From contig CP070691.1 of assembly GCA_020353195.1 (NCBI GenBank), forward strand, positions 2,579,105 through 2,643,104: a stretch of DNA of 64,000 bases. The letters run 5' to 3'. Below the pieces are notes generated by a model. The model had not been told where the DNA came from and made no database searches. It saw only the letters and a list, made by a program, of their open reading frames with translations. How positions within the stretch are numbered: position 1 is the first letter of the stretch; each line of letters begins with the position of its first letter. The position numbers and the translations under genes were made by a program. The stretch is from Phycisphaerales bacterium (GTDB lineage: Bacteria; Planctomycetota; Phycisphaerae; UBA1845). This document shows positions 36,445 to 45,194 of this stretch, piece by piece.

Positions 36445-36842
36445 ACCGGAGCCGATGCGGACGTGGCGTTGCGTTGGTGGTGGCCTTGGCATTGGTCGCG
36501 CTGGCCACCACTCTCCTGGTAGTGGTGGCCTTGAGTGTCAAGCATCTCACCCAACGGGATCTCATCGAATCCGACCAGGCTCTCCTGCGACAGATGATCG
36601 ACAGCGGCGCCGTCTGGGCCCGCGCACATCAAGACGATTGGCCGGCCGTCGATGGCCGCCCCCGCAGCGTGCAACTGAACGCCGATTCGCTGGTGCCGGC
36701 GTCCCGGCGAGGAACTCTCACTCTAATCCCAGTGCTCGGCTCGGACGGTCGCACGATCAAGGCCCGGCTGGAGGCGACCGTCGTCCGCTCTCGTGGCCAG
36801 ACAGCCTATCAGACCGCTACAGTGTCATTACCATCGCCCTAA
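36441..36842 (+). CDS. Small membrane-anchored protein with a GspK-like N-terminus
   Basis: ATGA overlap. 'GRGVALVVALALVALATTLLVV' resembles the GspK leader, but the protein is only 133 aa. Confidence 0.45.
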   Translation: MNRSRCGRGVALVVALALVALATTLLVVVALSVKHLTQRDLIESDQALLRQMIDSGAVWARAHQDDWPAVDGRPRSVQLNADSLVPASRRGTLTLIPVLGSDGRTIKARLEATVVRSRGQTAYQTATVSLPSP

Positions 36843-36951
36843 ACGACAGTCTCGAGGTCCGTCGCACAGAGCGCACATCACCAGCGCAGCGGTCCCAGAC
36901 CGGGGTGACGGGGGCCGTGTGGACGCGCGTTTGCGAAGGCGGTAGGCCGTG

Positions 36952-37437
36952 TTACCGTTTGTTGCCGACGGACCGGCCGATGGCGAAGGCGCGGTCGTTC
37001 AGCTTGTGCAGCTTTTCGGGCAGTGCGGCGTGGATCGCCTCCACCCAGTCCGATTCCGGAAGGTCCAGATGCGCGCTGAGCACGCCCAGCAGGGCGACGT
37101 TCAGGCTCTTTGCATGGGGCAGTGCCGTCGCATCGATGTCATCCGGTTTGATCAGGACGCCCCCGTCGCGCAAGCGCCCGCGATTGTTGTCGACTTCCTC
37201 CGGGGCCAATACGACAAGGTAGTCCGTCTCCCCTTCGGGCACCATCGGGCTGAGGACCTCGTCGCCGAAACGGACGTCACTGGTCACGGACCCACCCCGC
37301 TGGCTCATTCCGTGGATCTCGCTTTTCTTGACGTCGAACCCTTGTCGAAAAGCGGCCTGGGCCAGAATGTCGGAGGCCTTGAGCACACCCTGTCCACCGA
37401 GTCCGGCGAACACCACATTCGTAATGCGTTTCACCAT
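36952..37437 (-). CDS. iorB: Indolepyruvate/2-oxoacid:ferredoxin oxidoreductase, beta (gamma-domain) subunit
   Basis: 'NVVFAGLGGQGVLKASDILAQAAFRQGFDVKKSEIHGMSQRGGSV'. Confidence 0.8.
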   Translation of the reverse strand: MVKRITNVVFAGLGGQGVLKASDILAQAAFRQGFDVKKSEIHGMSQRGGSVTSDVRFGDEVLSPMVPEGETDYLVVLAPEEVDNNRGRLRDGGVLIKPDDIDATALPHAKSLNVALLGVLSAHLDLPESDWVEAIHAALPEKLHKLNDRAFAIGRSVGNKR

Positions 37438-37570
37438 GCTACCGACTTCCTGTCTTGCGATGCCGCTTCTAGAAGCTTCAGCATTGTTGGGGGATGGGCT
37501 TGGCGGGCGTGCCGTGTCGGCCCGGAGACCCTGGCGCGCGCAACGGCGCCGCCCATTCGGGCGCGCCCGT

Positions 37571-39199
37571 TCAGTTCCCCGTGTTTGTCACGGCCGAACA
37601 AAGTCGTTGCTCCTTTGCCGCCCGTTCGTACTGCTTGATCTTGCTGGCCGCCAGCAGGCAGGGGTGCCGCGCGATGATGACCGCAAGCTCGCTGGCTCCC
37701 AGAGCCGCCTTCAGCAGAATCCCGAATTCGTCCGGGTTGGCGAACGGATCCGTCACGTGCACGTTGCGAATGCCCAGCGACCGTGCCAGGTCTTCGTAGC
37801 ACACCTTTCCCGTAGGCTGATGATCGAGCGTTCGCCCGGTCCCGGGGTGTTCCTGCAGGCCGGTCATGGCCGTCGTGCCGTTATCCAGAATGATCACCAC
37901 GTGCCCGGTGGACGGCGGGTTATAGACCATCTCCACCAGGCCGGTGATGCCGCTATGAACGAACGTGCTGTCCCCGATGACGCTGACGACGCGGCGGGCC
38001 TGGTCTTCGGGGAGGGTGTGCCTCAGTCCCAATCCCACGCCGATGCTGGCGCCCATGCAGATACACGTATCCATGGCGCTGAATGGCGGCAGCGCGCCCA
38101 GCGTGTAGCAGCCGATGTCACCGGCCACGATGCAGTCCAAATCGTGCAGAGCGGTGAACGCCACTCGATGCGGGCATGTGTTGCAGAGTGCGGGCGGTTT
38201 CCCCTTCGGGGGGACCGGTTCGGGTGATTCGTCGTCGGCGAGAATTCGCCGGACCCGCTCGACGCTCAACTCACTGAACCGGTACATCTCCGCCTTGCCG
38301 TCCGCCGTGATGCCGGCCGCCCGGATCGCGTCGACAAGATACGGATCGCCTTCCTCGATCACGATGCACCGGTCCACGCTTCCCGCGAATCGCCGGATGG
38401 TCTCCACCGGCAGGGGGTAGGCCATCCCGAGCTTCAGCATGCTGGCGCGGGGGGCGGCCTCGGCGGCGTGCATGTAGGCGATGCCCGATGTTACTATCCC
38501 CAGCGTGTTGTCCCGTTCGATCCATCGATTGGGGCCCGACGACTCATTCCACGCCAGGATATCCGCGAGTTTCTCCCGCAGACGGTGGTGGGCGGGGCGG
38601 GCGTTCGCGGGAACCATGACTCGTCCCTTGATGTCATGCTCGAACCCCGGCGCGCCGGGAGGTCCGCCCACGTCACGCCGGCGCACGACGGTCAGCGAGT
38701 GACACACGCGCGTCGTCATGCGCAACAGGACGGGTATCCGCCAGCGCTCGGATATGTCGATGGCCGCCACCGTGAAGTCGTAGCACTCCTGCGAATCGGA
38801 CGGCTCGAGCATGGGCACGCCGGCGGCGACGGCGTAGCGCCGGTTGTCCTGCTCGTTCTGGCTCGAGGCCATTCCCGGGTCGTCGGCCGTTACGACCACC
38901 AACGCGCCGCTGACGCCGGTATACGCGGCGGTGAACAGCGGATCAGCGGCGACGTTCAGGCCCACGTGTTTCATCGTTACGAGCGCTCGCCCGCGGGCGA
39001 ACGCGGCACCGAGACCGACCTCCAGCGCCACTTTCTCATTCGGAGACCACTGGGCCCGCCCGCCCAGCTTGGCGAAGTGTTCCAGGATTTCCGTCGATGG
39101 CGTACCCGGGTAGCCCGTCCCCAGACCCACCCCGGCGTCCCTGGCGGCCTGGGCGACGGCCTCGTTGCCGCTCAACAGATACCGGTTGGATTCCTTCAT
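37571..39199 (-). CDS. iorA: Indolepyruvate:ferredoxin oxidoreductase, alpha (TPP-binding) subunit
   Basis: 'LLSGNEAVAQAARDAGVGLGTGYPGTPSTEILE', 'CNTCPHR', 'GDIGCYTLGA', 'VIGDSTFVHSGITGL'. AGGAAG lies upstream of ATG 39199. Confidence 0.8.
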   Translation of the reverse strand: MKESNRYLLSGNEAVAQAARDAGVGLGTGYPGTPSTEILEHFAKLGGRAQWSPNEKVALEVGLGAAFARGRALVTMKHVGLNVAADPLFTAAYTGVSGALVVVTADDPGMASSQNEQDNRRYAVAAGVPMLEPSDSQECYDFTVAAIDISERWRIPVLLRMTTRVCHSLTVVRRRDVGGPPGAPGFEHDIKGRVMVPANARPAHHRLREKLADILAWNESSGPNRWIERDNTLGIVTSGIAYMHAAEAAPRASMLKLGMAYPLPVETIRRFAGSVDRCIVIEEGDPYLVDAIRAAGITADGKAEMYRFSELSVERVRRILADDESPEPVPPKGKPPALCNTCPHRVAFTALHDLDCIVAGDIGCYTLGALPPFSAMDTCICMGASIGVGLGLRHTLPEDQARRVVSVIGDSTFVHSGITGLVEMVYNPPSTGHVVIILDNGTTAMTGLQEHPGTGRTLDHQPTGKVCYEDLARSLGIRNVHVTDPFANPDEFGILLKAALGASELAVIIARHPCLLAASKIKQYERAAKEQRLCSAVTNTGN

Positions 39200-39533
39200 G
39201 GTTTGTGCTTCCTGGCTTGGAGTGTTCGAGAGTCAAACGGCGTTCGTCGGACCGGTCCTGGTGGTGTGAACGCCATGCTCGCGAATCAATGCGTGCTGCT
39301 GTGCACGCAGACCTGTGGCTGTCGTGAACGGGCAGCCCCGGTCGATAACGGGACGTCTGGCATCCCCCGCCCGTTTCTCATATCAGATGTGCGATTCGGC
39401 TTCAACCCGTTGACCTGTAGGGTTGCAGATCCGCGCGGTCGGCCGCCGTCGGTGACGCGCCTTCGCGCGACGGAGGTCTCCGGCACGGCCCGGTCGGCGC
39501 CGCGAGCGATCGAGGCGTAACAGGCGGGCTAGG

Positions 39534-39571
39534 GGAAAAATCACCGGCTGCGGATGGGGCCGCAGCCGGTG
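39534..39571 (-). terminator. Rho-independent terminator downstream of xerC
   Basis: Perfect 12-bp stem, CACCGGCTGCGG (39542-39553) with CCGCAGCCGGTG (39560-39571), and a 6-nt loop. On the minus strand it is followed by ATTTTTCCCC. It lies about 30 nt past the xerC stop. Confidence 0.75.
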
Positions 39572-39602
39572 GGTTTCGGCGAGCTGTCGTGCCGCATGTC
39601 CA

Positions 39603-40592
39603 TCAGGCCCTGGGATGGGCGTCGTCGTAGGCCTGTTTGAGTCTCTTGGCGGTCAGGTGGGTGTATATCTGAGTCGTGGACAGTGACTGATGTCCGAGCA
39701 ACTCCTGGACCGATCGCAGGTCGGCTCCGTTGTTGAGCATGTGGGTAGCGAAGCTGTGCCGCAGGGTGTGGGGGCTGATGCTCGGGTCGAGGCCGGCTTC
39801 AGCCAGGTACTTGTCGAGCTTGCGGCGGACGCTTCGCGTGCTCAGCCGCTGTCCGTGCTTGTTGACGAACAGGGCGTCGGGGTCGAACGTGGCCGCCTTG
39901 GCGTCCGACCGCCGCAGTTCGAGGAACCGGTTGACGGCGCTCAAGGCGGTCGGCGCGATCGGGGTCCGCCTCTGCTTCTTTCCTTTGCCGCGTACCTGGA
40001 TGCACTGGCCGGTGAAGTCAACATCGGAGATGTTCAGATCGACGAGTTCGCTGACCCGGATGCCGGTGGAATACATGACCTCCAGCATGGCCCGGTCGCG
40101 GGCTCCGAGCAGCGTCGTGTCGTCGGGTGTATTGAGGAGTGTCGTGATCTTCTCCGGCTCCAGGAATTTGGGCAGCCGTCGTTCCTGTTTCGGCGTTCGT
40201 ATGGCGGCCAGGGGGTTGGAGTGGACGTAGCCCCGCCGCAGGCAGAATTTGTAGAAGCTGCGCAGGGTCGCGAGCTTTCGAGCGGTGGTGGACTTCGAGT
40301 AGTCCTGCTCGCTCAGGTACGTCAGGAACGTCTTGATGCCCTCCGTGGTGACGCTGACCAGCTTCTGGCGGACGCCGGTTTTTTCGAGTACGGCCGTCCC
40401 CGTCTGTGGCGCACCGAAGCCGGCGGCACCGCCGGTGGCTGTCCCTGCCGGCGCCTCACCGGCTCTTTGCCCGGTCAGGAACCCGCAGAACTGGCTGAGG
40501 TCCGCGGCATAGCACTTGGCCGTGTGCGGCGAGAAGTGCCGCTCGAACTTCAGGTAGTTCAGGAACTCGTTGATCAGATCGTTTTCGCTCAT
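39603..40592 (-). CDS. xerC: Tyrosine recombinase XerC/XerD family
   Basis: ATG 40592 ('MSENDLINEFLNYLKFERHFSPHT'). 'HTLRHSFATHMLNNGADLRSVQELLGHQSLSTTQIYTHL' carries the catalytic R..HxxR..Y. A Gly/Ala-rich insertion sits in the N-terminal domain. Confidence 0.85.
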   Translation of the reverse strand: MSENDLINEFLNYLKFERHFSPHTAKCYAADLSQFCGFLTGQRAGEAPAGTATGGAAGFGAPQTGTAVLEKTGVRQKLVSVTTEGIKTFLTYLSEQDYSKSTTARKLATLRSFYKFCLRRGYVHSNPLAAIRTPKQERRLPKFLEPEKITTLLNTPDDTTLLGARDRAMLEVMYSTGIRVSELVDLNISDVDFTGQCIQVRGKGKKQRRTPIAPTALSAVNRFLELRRSDAKAATFDPDALFVNKHGQRLSTRSVRRKLDKYLAEAGLDPSISPHTLRHSFATHMLNNGADLRSVQELLGHQSLSTTQIYTHLTAKRLKQAYDDAHPRA

Positions 40593-40691
40593 GGTCGCTA
40601 GCCACACCTCGGCGAAATCCACACGCACTTTCGCAGGAACCGCCCTGACTGGGTCGGTAGCCGAGCGGTACCTTTGACTCGCCTGCACGTC

Positions 40692-40901
40692 CTATGTGGC
40701 GATCCGGTCGAGCTCCATCTCAAGGCGTCGCCCCATCTGATAGCTCAACACCGCCGCATCGAACCACTCGAACGAACTCGACGTATCGGCGGCGAGGTCG
40801 GAGAAGGCATCGATCACGTCCGCCTCCCGCCCTGGTTGGTATCGGAAAACAAACCGTTCCGATCCCTTTATCAATGATAATTGGCGCATCCTGTCATCCA
40901 T
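40692..40901 (-). CDS. Hypothetical 69-aa protein
   Basis: ATG 40901. The composition looks like real protein ('FVFRYQPGREADVIDAFSDLAADTSSSFEWFDAAVLSYQM'). No family recognised. Confidence 0.4.
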   Translation of the reverse strand: MDDRMRQLSLIKGSERFVFRYQPGREADVIDAFSDLAADTSSSFEWFDAAVLSYQMGRRLEMELDRIAT

Positions 40902-40964
40902 GCCGGTCGAGCTCTCGCCGCTTCCTTCCCTGTCCGCCGGTTTTCGTGTTCCGCCCCGTCCGGT

Positions 40965-41711
40965 TTAGCGTTCGGCGGCCAACGCCAGGTCTACGCCGCC
41001 CCCGAACATCGATCGCAGGGTCCGCTGGCAGCAGTAGCGCATGAAATGCCGCTGGCTTTGGAGGTACAGGCGCCATCCAAACGGGCTGTCGGTTGCCTCC
41101 CGCTGCCTGGCGAACTCCTCTACGTCTTCCTCCGTGAATCCGTGCGCGGCGTCGAAGACTTGTTCGGCTTGGGCGAGGGGGCCGAACGACCGCGACGCAG
41201 CCTCAGTCGCAGTCGGACCGGCTTCTCGCGAAAGACGGACAGGATCGACGCCACCGGTTTCACCGACACGCCGAACGCCGTACAGTTGAGCGGCGATGCC
41301 CACGATTGGCGGATGGTAGGGTTCATATTCCGTCACCGCAAAAACGAGAATGGCGTCAGCGCCGAGGCGATTCACGACCTCCTCAGCGTGCGCCGGCGAG
41401 GCGATCTCATCACGCCCTTGTTCATCGAGCACGGCCAGCACCCGGCTCACGGGGATCACTTCCACACCGACGACCGCGCCCAGCTCGCTGGCCATGATGT
41501 CAGCCACCACGCTGCGATCGAAGTCCGTCGAGCCGCTGAAGTTCAGGGCCGGGGCCACTGCAATCGTCAACGGCCCCAGGTAGGCGTTGGCGATCCGAAC
41601 CGGTGCCACCTGCTTCTCACCACATCCGCCCGACGCCAGCAATGACAACAGCAGCACGCTCGTTATCGCGCGCCCGTGCGCCTGGTTGTCGACTGCTGAG
41701 CCCACCATCAT
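40965..41711 (-). CDS. Hypothetical lipoprotein
   Basis: ATG 41711/41708. 'ITSVLLLSLLASGGC' is lipobox-like. Family uncertain. Confidence 0.5.
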   Translation of the reverse strand: MMVGSAVDNQAHGRAITSVLLLSLLASGGCGEKQVAPVRIANAYLGPLTIAVAPALNFSGSTDFDRSVVADIMASELGAVVGVEVIPVSRVLAVLDEQGRDEIASPAHAEEVVNRLGADAILVFAVTEYEPYHPPIVGIAAQLYGVRRVGETGGVDPVRLSREAGPTATEAASRSFGPLAQAEQVFDAAHGFTEEDVEEFARQREATDSPFGWRLYLQSQRHFMRYCCQRTLRSMFGGGVDLALAAER

Positions 41712-41881
41712 CGATTCACTTCCTGTCGCGGTCGCCGCAGCGACGGCGGGGGTGACTGTCTCACGCACACTTGCTGCCGGGAGTCCGAGTCACGATCCTC
41801 CGAAACGCGGCGCCAGACTCCCTAGCTATCGTCGAACGGCGGAACGTCCTTGAGATCTGCAAGGACGGCGTCGTCCGGAAT

Positions 41882-43024
41882 TCAGGACGCCCCCGGGGGA
41901 GTTCTGGCCTCCAACTCACTCCCCTGGCTGATAACACCTTCTTCCGTCCCCACGTCGCGGGCGGGGTTCTGACCCGGAACCAGCGACCAGATGTTCTCGT
42001 GCCCGCCCCGAGTGCTGGTGAAGAAGATCCGCCCCTGGTTCGACCAGACGGGCCCATAATTCGAGCTGTGCCCGTCGGTCAGACGGGTCCGCGATCGTCC
42101 GTCGGCGTTGACGATCCAGACGTCCGCGATTTCCACGGCGGTGGCGAAATCCGGGTCGCTCGCCGGTGCCGTCCTGACGGTGCAGTACGTCAGCTTCTGC
42201 CCATCGGGGCTCCAGGAGGGGTTGATCAGCGCGTGCTCGGAGCTCGAGGCGATCTCCGTAGGATGCCGCGGCTCGCCTTGCACCAGTTCGACGGTCCAGA
42301 TGCTGAACCAGCGGCTGCCCCGCTGACGGGCACGCTGAAAGGCGATCACGCTGTGCGTCGGGCACCACTCCGGGAACACCCCGTACCCGATAAAACTCTT
42401 GGTGGCAGCGGCGGTGGCGTCGGCGATCCACACCTCCCACTGCCCGCTGCCCGGCGGCAAGCTGCAGAACACCACTTGCTTCCCGTCGGGCGACCAGCTT
42501 GGATGCACCTCGTCCTCCGGTCCCCGAGTGATCTGCGTTGGCTGCGTCCCGTCAACGCCGACCACCCAGATATCCCAGTTGCCGGCCCGGTCGCTGGCGA
42601 AGGCGACCCGCCGCCCGTCCGGGCTGAACGCGGGCTGAACGTCGGACGACGGGTCCGCCGTCAACTGGGTCACGGCCGTACCGTCCACGTTCTTGACGTA
42701 CAAGTCGGGGCGAATCGTGTGCCGCGTCGATGCGAAGACCATTCGCTCTCCCGTCGGATCGACGTTCGGATCGAAATCGGCGCCTTCTTCGGTGAACGTA
42801 TGGCGCAGCAGGGAAGTGGCACCGCGGCTGTAGAAGGGAATCTCTCCGCGGTCGGGCAGTTCGCCGAAGAGCGTGATCTGCGCGTCGCGTGATGCTGACA
42901 GCATGGGGCGAGGCTCGATCGTCAGTTGTTCGTCCTGGGCCGACTCCGGCTCGGCGCACCCTCCCATGCCGAAGCCGGGCAGAAGGATCGCGAAACCGAT
43001 CAGGGCGTGAATGCGTTTTCTCAT
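41882..43024 (-). CDS. TolB-like periplasmic beta-propeller lipoprotein (PD40/WD40-like repeats)
   Basis: Lipobox 'LLPGFGMGGC'. Repeated 'P.FSPDG..V.F.S.R.G..DIW' units. GGAAGAG upstream of the ATG. Confidence 0.75.
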   Translation of the reverse strand: MRKRIHALIGFAILLPGFGMGGCAEPESAQDEQLTIEPRPMLSASRDAQITLFGELPDRGEIPFYSRGATSLLRHTFTEEGADFDPNVDPTGERMVFASTRHTIRPDLYVKNVDGTAVTQLTADPSSDVQPAFSPDGRRVAFASDRAGNWDIWVVGVDGTQPTQITRGPEDEVHPSWSPDGKQVVFCSLPPGSGQWEVWIADATAAATKSFIGYGVFPEWCPTHSVIAFQRARQRGSRWFSIWTVELVQGEPRHPTEIASSSEHALINPSWSPDGQKLTYCTVRTAPASDPDFATAVEIADVWIVNADGRSRTRLTDGHSSNYGPVWSNQGRIFFTSTRGGHENIWSLVPGQNPARDVGTEEGVISQGSELEARTPPGAS

Positions 43025-43511
43025 GGTTTGGCTCTTCCAATGGGCGTCGTCGGCTGATTCACGTCCCGGGGTGCCGATTTCCGGGAAACCGGGCCGGGAG
43101 ACATTGACGATGACTCATCGGAAGGGAAAACGTCCGAAATTAGTTGTCGCGCGTACAAATACCGGTCCGAGCAATCCGTCCGATAACTAAGTCGTGTATC
43201 GACAGAAACGGGGGCAGAACTTGACCCATTAGCAGCAGATCGCAACAGGAACCTGGAGAACAAGCCCGTCGACCGGCCGGCGCCGAGCGCCGGGGGGCGG
43301 TTACGCGTCGCCGCGAGCGGCCCCGCGGGCCTCTTGGATGCACGAGAGTGCGGTGGTGGCGGGGCTCTCGGCTCGGCCGGCGTCGGCCGCAACGAACGAC
43401 ATGCATGGGTTCAGGGAGCATCGATTGCAATCGACGGAACCCGTCGTTACACTGCCCCCGTTGCCGCTTGCCTGCCCGGGCAAGGCCGGGGGCGGCAAGA
43501 AGTTTTTCCAC

Positions 43512-45194
43512 ATGGCGGATCCACCCTCGACGACCATACGATCGCCCGGTGCGGGCCCGGTTCGTGACCTTCCCGGGGTGGCCCGGCGCGTCCTGATCAT
43601 CGGCTTGGACGGCGCCACCTTCGACGTGCTCGACCCGATGATTCAGCGGGGGCGCATGCCTCGGCTGAAGGCGTTTCTGGCGGGCGGAACGTCCGGGATT
43701 CTGCGCTCGACCATACCCCCGATCACGCCGGCGGCCTGGACCACCTTCATGACCGGCAAGGGTCCCGGCACCCACGGCATCATTGACTTCGAGCGGTACG
43801 ACGCACGGGCCAACCGCCTGACCCTCAACACGACCAACTGCCTCAGACACGTACGGACGATCTGGCAGATTGTCGGCGACAAGGGCTTCGGTGTGGGATG
43901 CGTGAGCATCCCCATGACCTATCCGCCGACGGCGGTCAACGGATTCATGATCAGCGGGTTCGGCACGCCGGATCGCGACAGCGAGTTCACGTATCCGGCC
44001 GCCCTGAAGGACGAGGTCCTGCGGGTCTGCCCGGACTACGGCTTCGGGAGCAAGTGGCGGCGTAGGATGTTCGGCGGCGACGCGCTGCTCCGCGAGAACT
44101 TGGCTGCGGTCAAACGCAGCTTCCATCACGGTTACGAGTTGGCCTGCCATTGTGGCGAGCGGTTCGGATGGGACGTGCTGATGGTCGTTCTCAAGCTCGT
44201 GGACAACCTGCAGCATAAGACGTGGAGGTACCTCGATCCCCGATGGGCACCGCGCTGTCCGAAACGGGCGGAGATGGTGGCGGACTGCTTCGCCGACCTG
44301 GACGAGGCCTTCGGCCGACTGGTGGACTACGCCGGGCGAAACGACGCGCTGGTGTTTGTCATGTCCGACCACGGTCACGGCAGTCTGGAGGGCCAGGCCC
44401 AGCCCAACCTGCTGCTCAGGCAGTGGGGCTGCCTGGGCGTCAAACCGGGCGCCCAGTCGGCGGCCCGCGGGCGTCGCCTGCTGCGTCGCCTGACGAACAG
44501 GAAGCGAAGCCGGTTCACGGAGGGCCGCATCGGCATCGAGCAGGATCTGGCTATCGACATGAACCGGACGCAGGCGTGCGTCATGCACGCGGGGATGTCC
44601 GGGTTCCTTTACATCAACTTGGCGGGCCGGCAGCGCACGGGCACTGTCCCGCCCGACCAGTATGAGCCTCTGCGCAACGACCTGCGGCGCCGGTTTCTCG
44701 AGGTTACGGACGTCGAGCCGGGCGGCCGAACCGTCCGCGTCTTCCAGGAGGTCCACAAGCCCGAGGAGTTGTACGGCTGCTCGCGCGACGGACGGGAGTG
44801 GCTGCCGGACCTGCTGCTGGTTCCCCGCGACGGTCTGGCCGTGATCCGCAGGATCCGCACGTCGACGCCGGTGCGCTGGTTTCCCGTGCGCCGCATCGAG
44901 GGCACGCATCGTCGGGAGGGCATGTTCGCCGTCGCCGGGCCGGGGATTGCCCGCGGCAGAACCGTGGATGCGGACATCGTCGACTCGACGCCGACGATCC
45001 TGGCCATGCTGGGCCTGCGGATCCCCGACGACATGGAAGGGCGCGTGATCGAGGGCCTGTTCGATCCACCAATCCACTTCGAGTTCGAGAAGGCAGCGCC
45101 TGCCGGTGACGCGGGACCGGCCGACGAGGTCTATTCCGACCACGAGCTACAGAAGGTAACCGAGCGCCTTATTGACTTGGGTTACCTGCAGTAG
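43512..45194 (+). CDS. Alkaline-phosphatase superfamily protein (type I phosphodiesterase / nucleotide pyrophosphatase-like)
   Basis: 'RVLIIGLDGATFDVLDPM...RSTIPPITPAAWTTFMTGKGPGTHGI', 'VFVMSDHGH', and the family-typical C-terminus 'RLIDLGYLQ'. Confidence 0.7.
   Translation: MADPPSTTIRSPGAGPVRDLPGVARRVLIIGLDGATFDVLDPMIQRGRMPRLKAFLAGGTSGILRSTIPPITPAAWTTFMTGKGPGTHGIIDFERYDARANRLTLNTTNCLRHVRTIWQIVGDKGFGVGCVSIPMTYPPTAVNGFMISGFGTPDRDSEFTYPAALKDEVLRVCPDYGFGSKWRRRMFGGDALLRENLAAVKRSFHHGYELACHCGERFGWDVLMVVLKLVDNLQHKTWRYLDPRWAPRCPKRAEMVADCFADLDEAFGRLVDYAGRNDALVFVMSDHGHGSLEGQAQPNLLLRQWGCLGVKPGAQSAARGRRLLRRLTNRKRSRFTEGRIGIEQDLAIDMNRTQACVMHAGMSGFLYINLAGRQRTGTVPPDQYEPLRNDLRRRFLEVTDVEPGGRTVRVFQEVHKPEELYGCSRDGREWLPDLLLVPRDGLAVIRRIRTSTPVRWFPVRRIEGTHRREGMFAVAGPGIARGRTVDADIVDSTPTILAMLGLRIPDDMEGRVIEGLFDPPIHFEFEKAAPAGDAGPADEVYSDHELQKVTERLIDLGYLQ

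Noticed and set aside
39603-40592. The XerC-family recombinase as a marker of an integrated mobile element or integron
   Set aside because: It has the canonical XerC/D N-terminus and catalytic box. I could see no flanking direct repeats, attC-like sites, phage genes or tRNA target. The neighbours are housekeeping or envelope genes.
45169-45194. The 26-bp convergent overlap between the phosphodiesterase-family gene and the VKOR-DsbA gene as a sign of mis-annotation
   Set aside because: The plus-strand gene ends with the family-typical '...RLIDLGYLQ'. The overlapped part of the minus-strand gene is a low-complexity tail. Short convergent overlaps are normal in GC-rich genomes.
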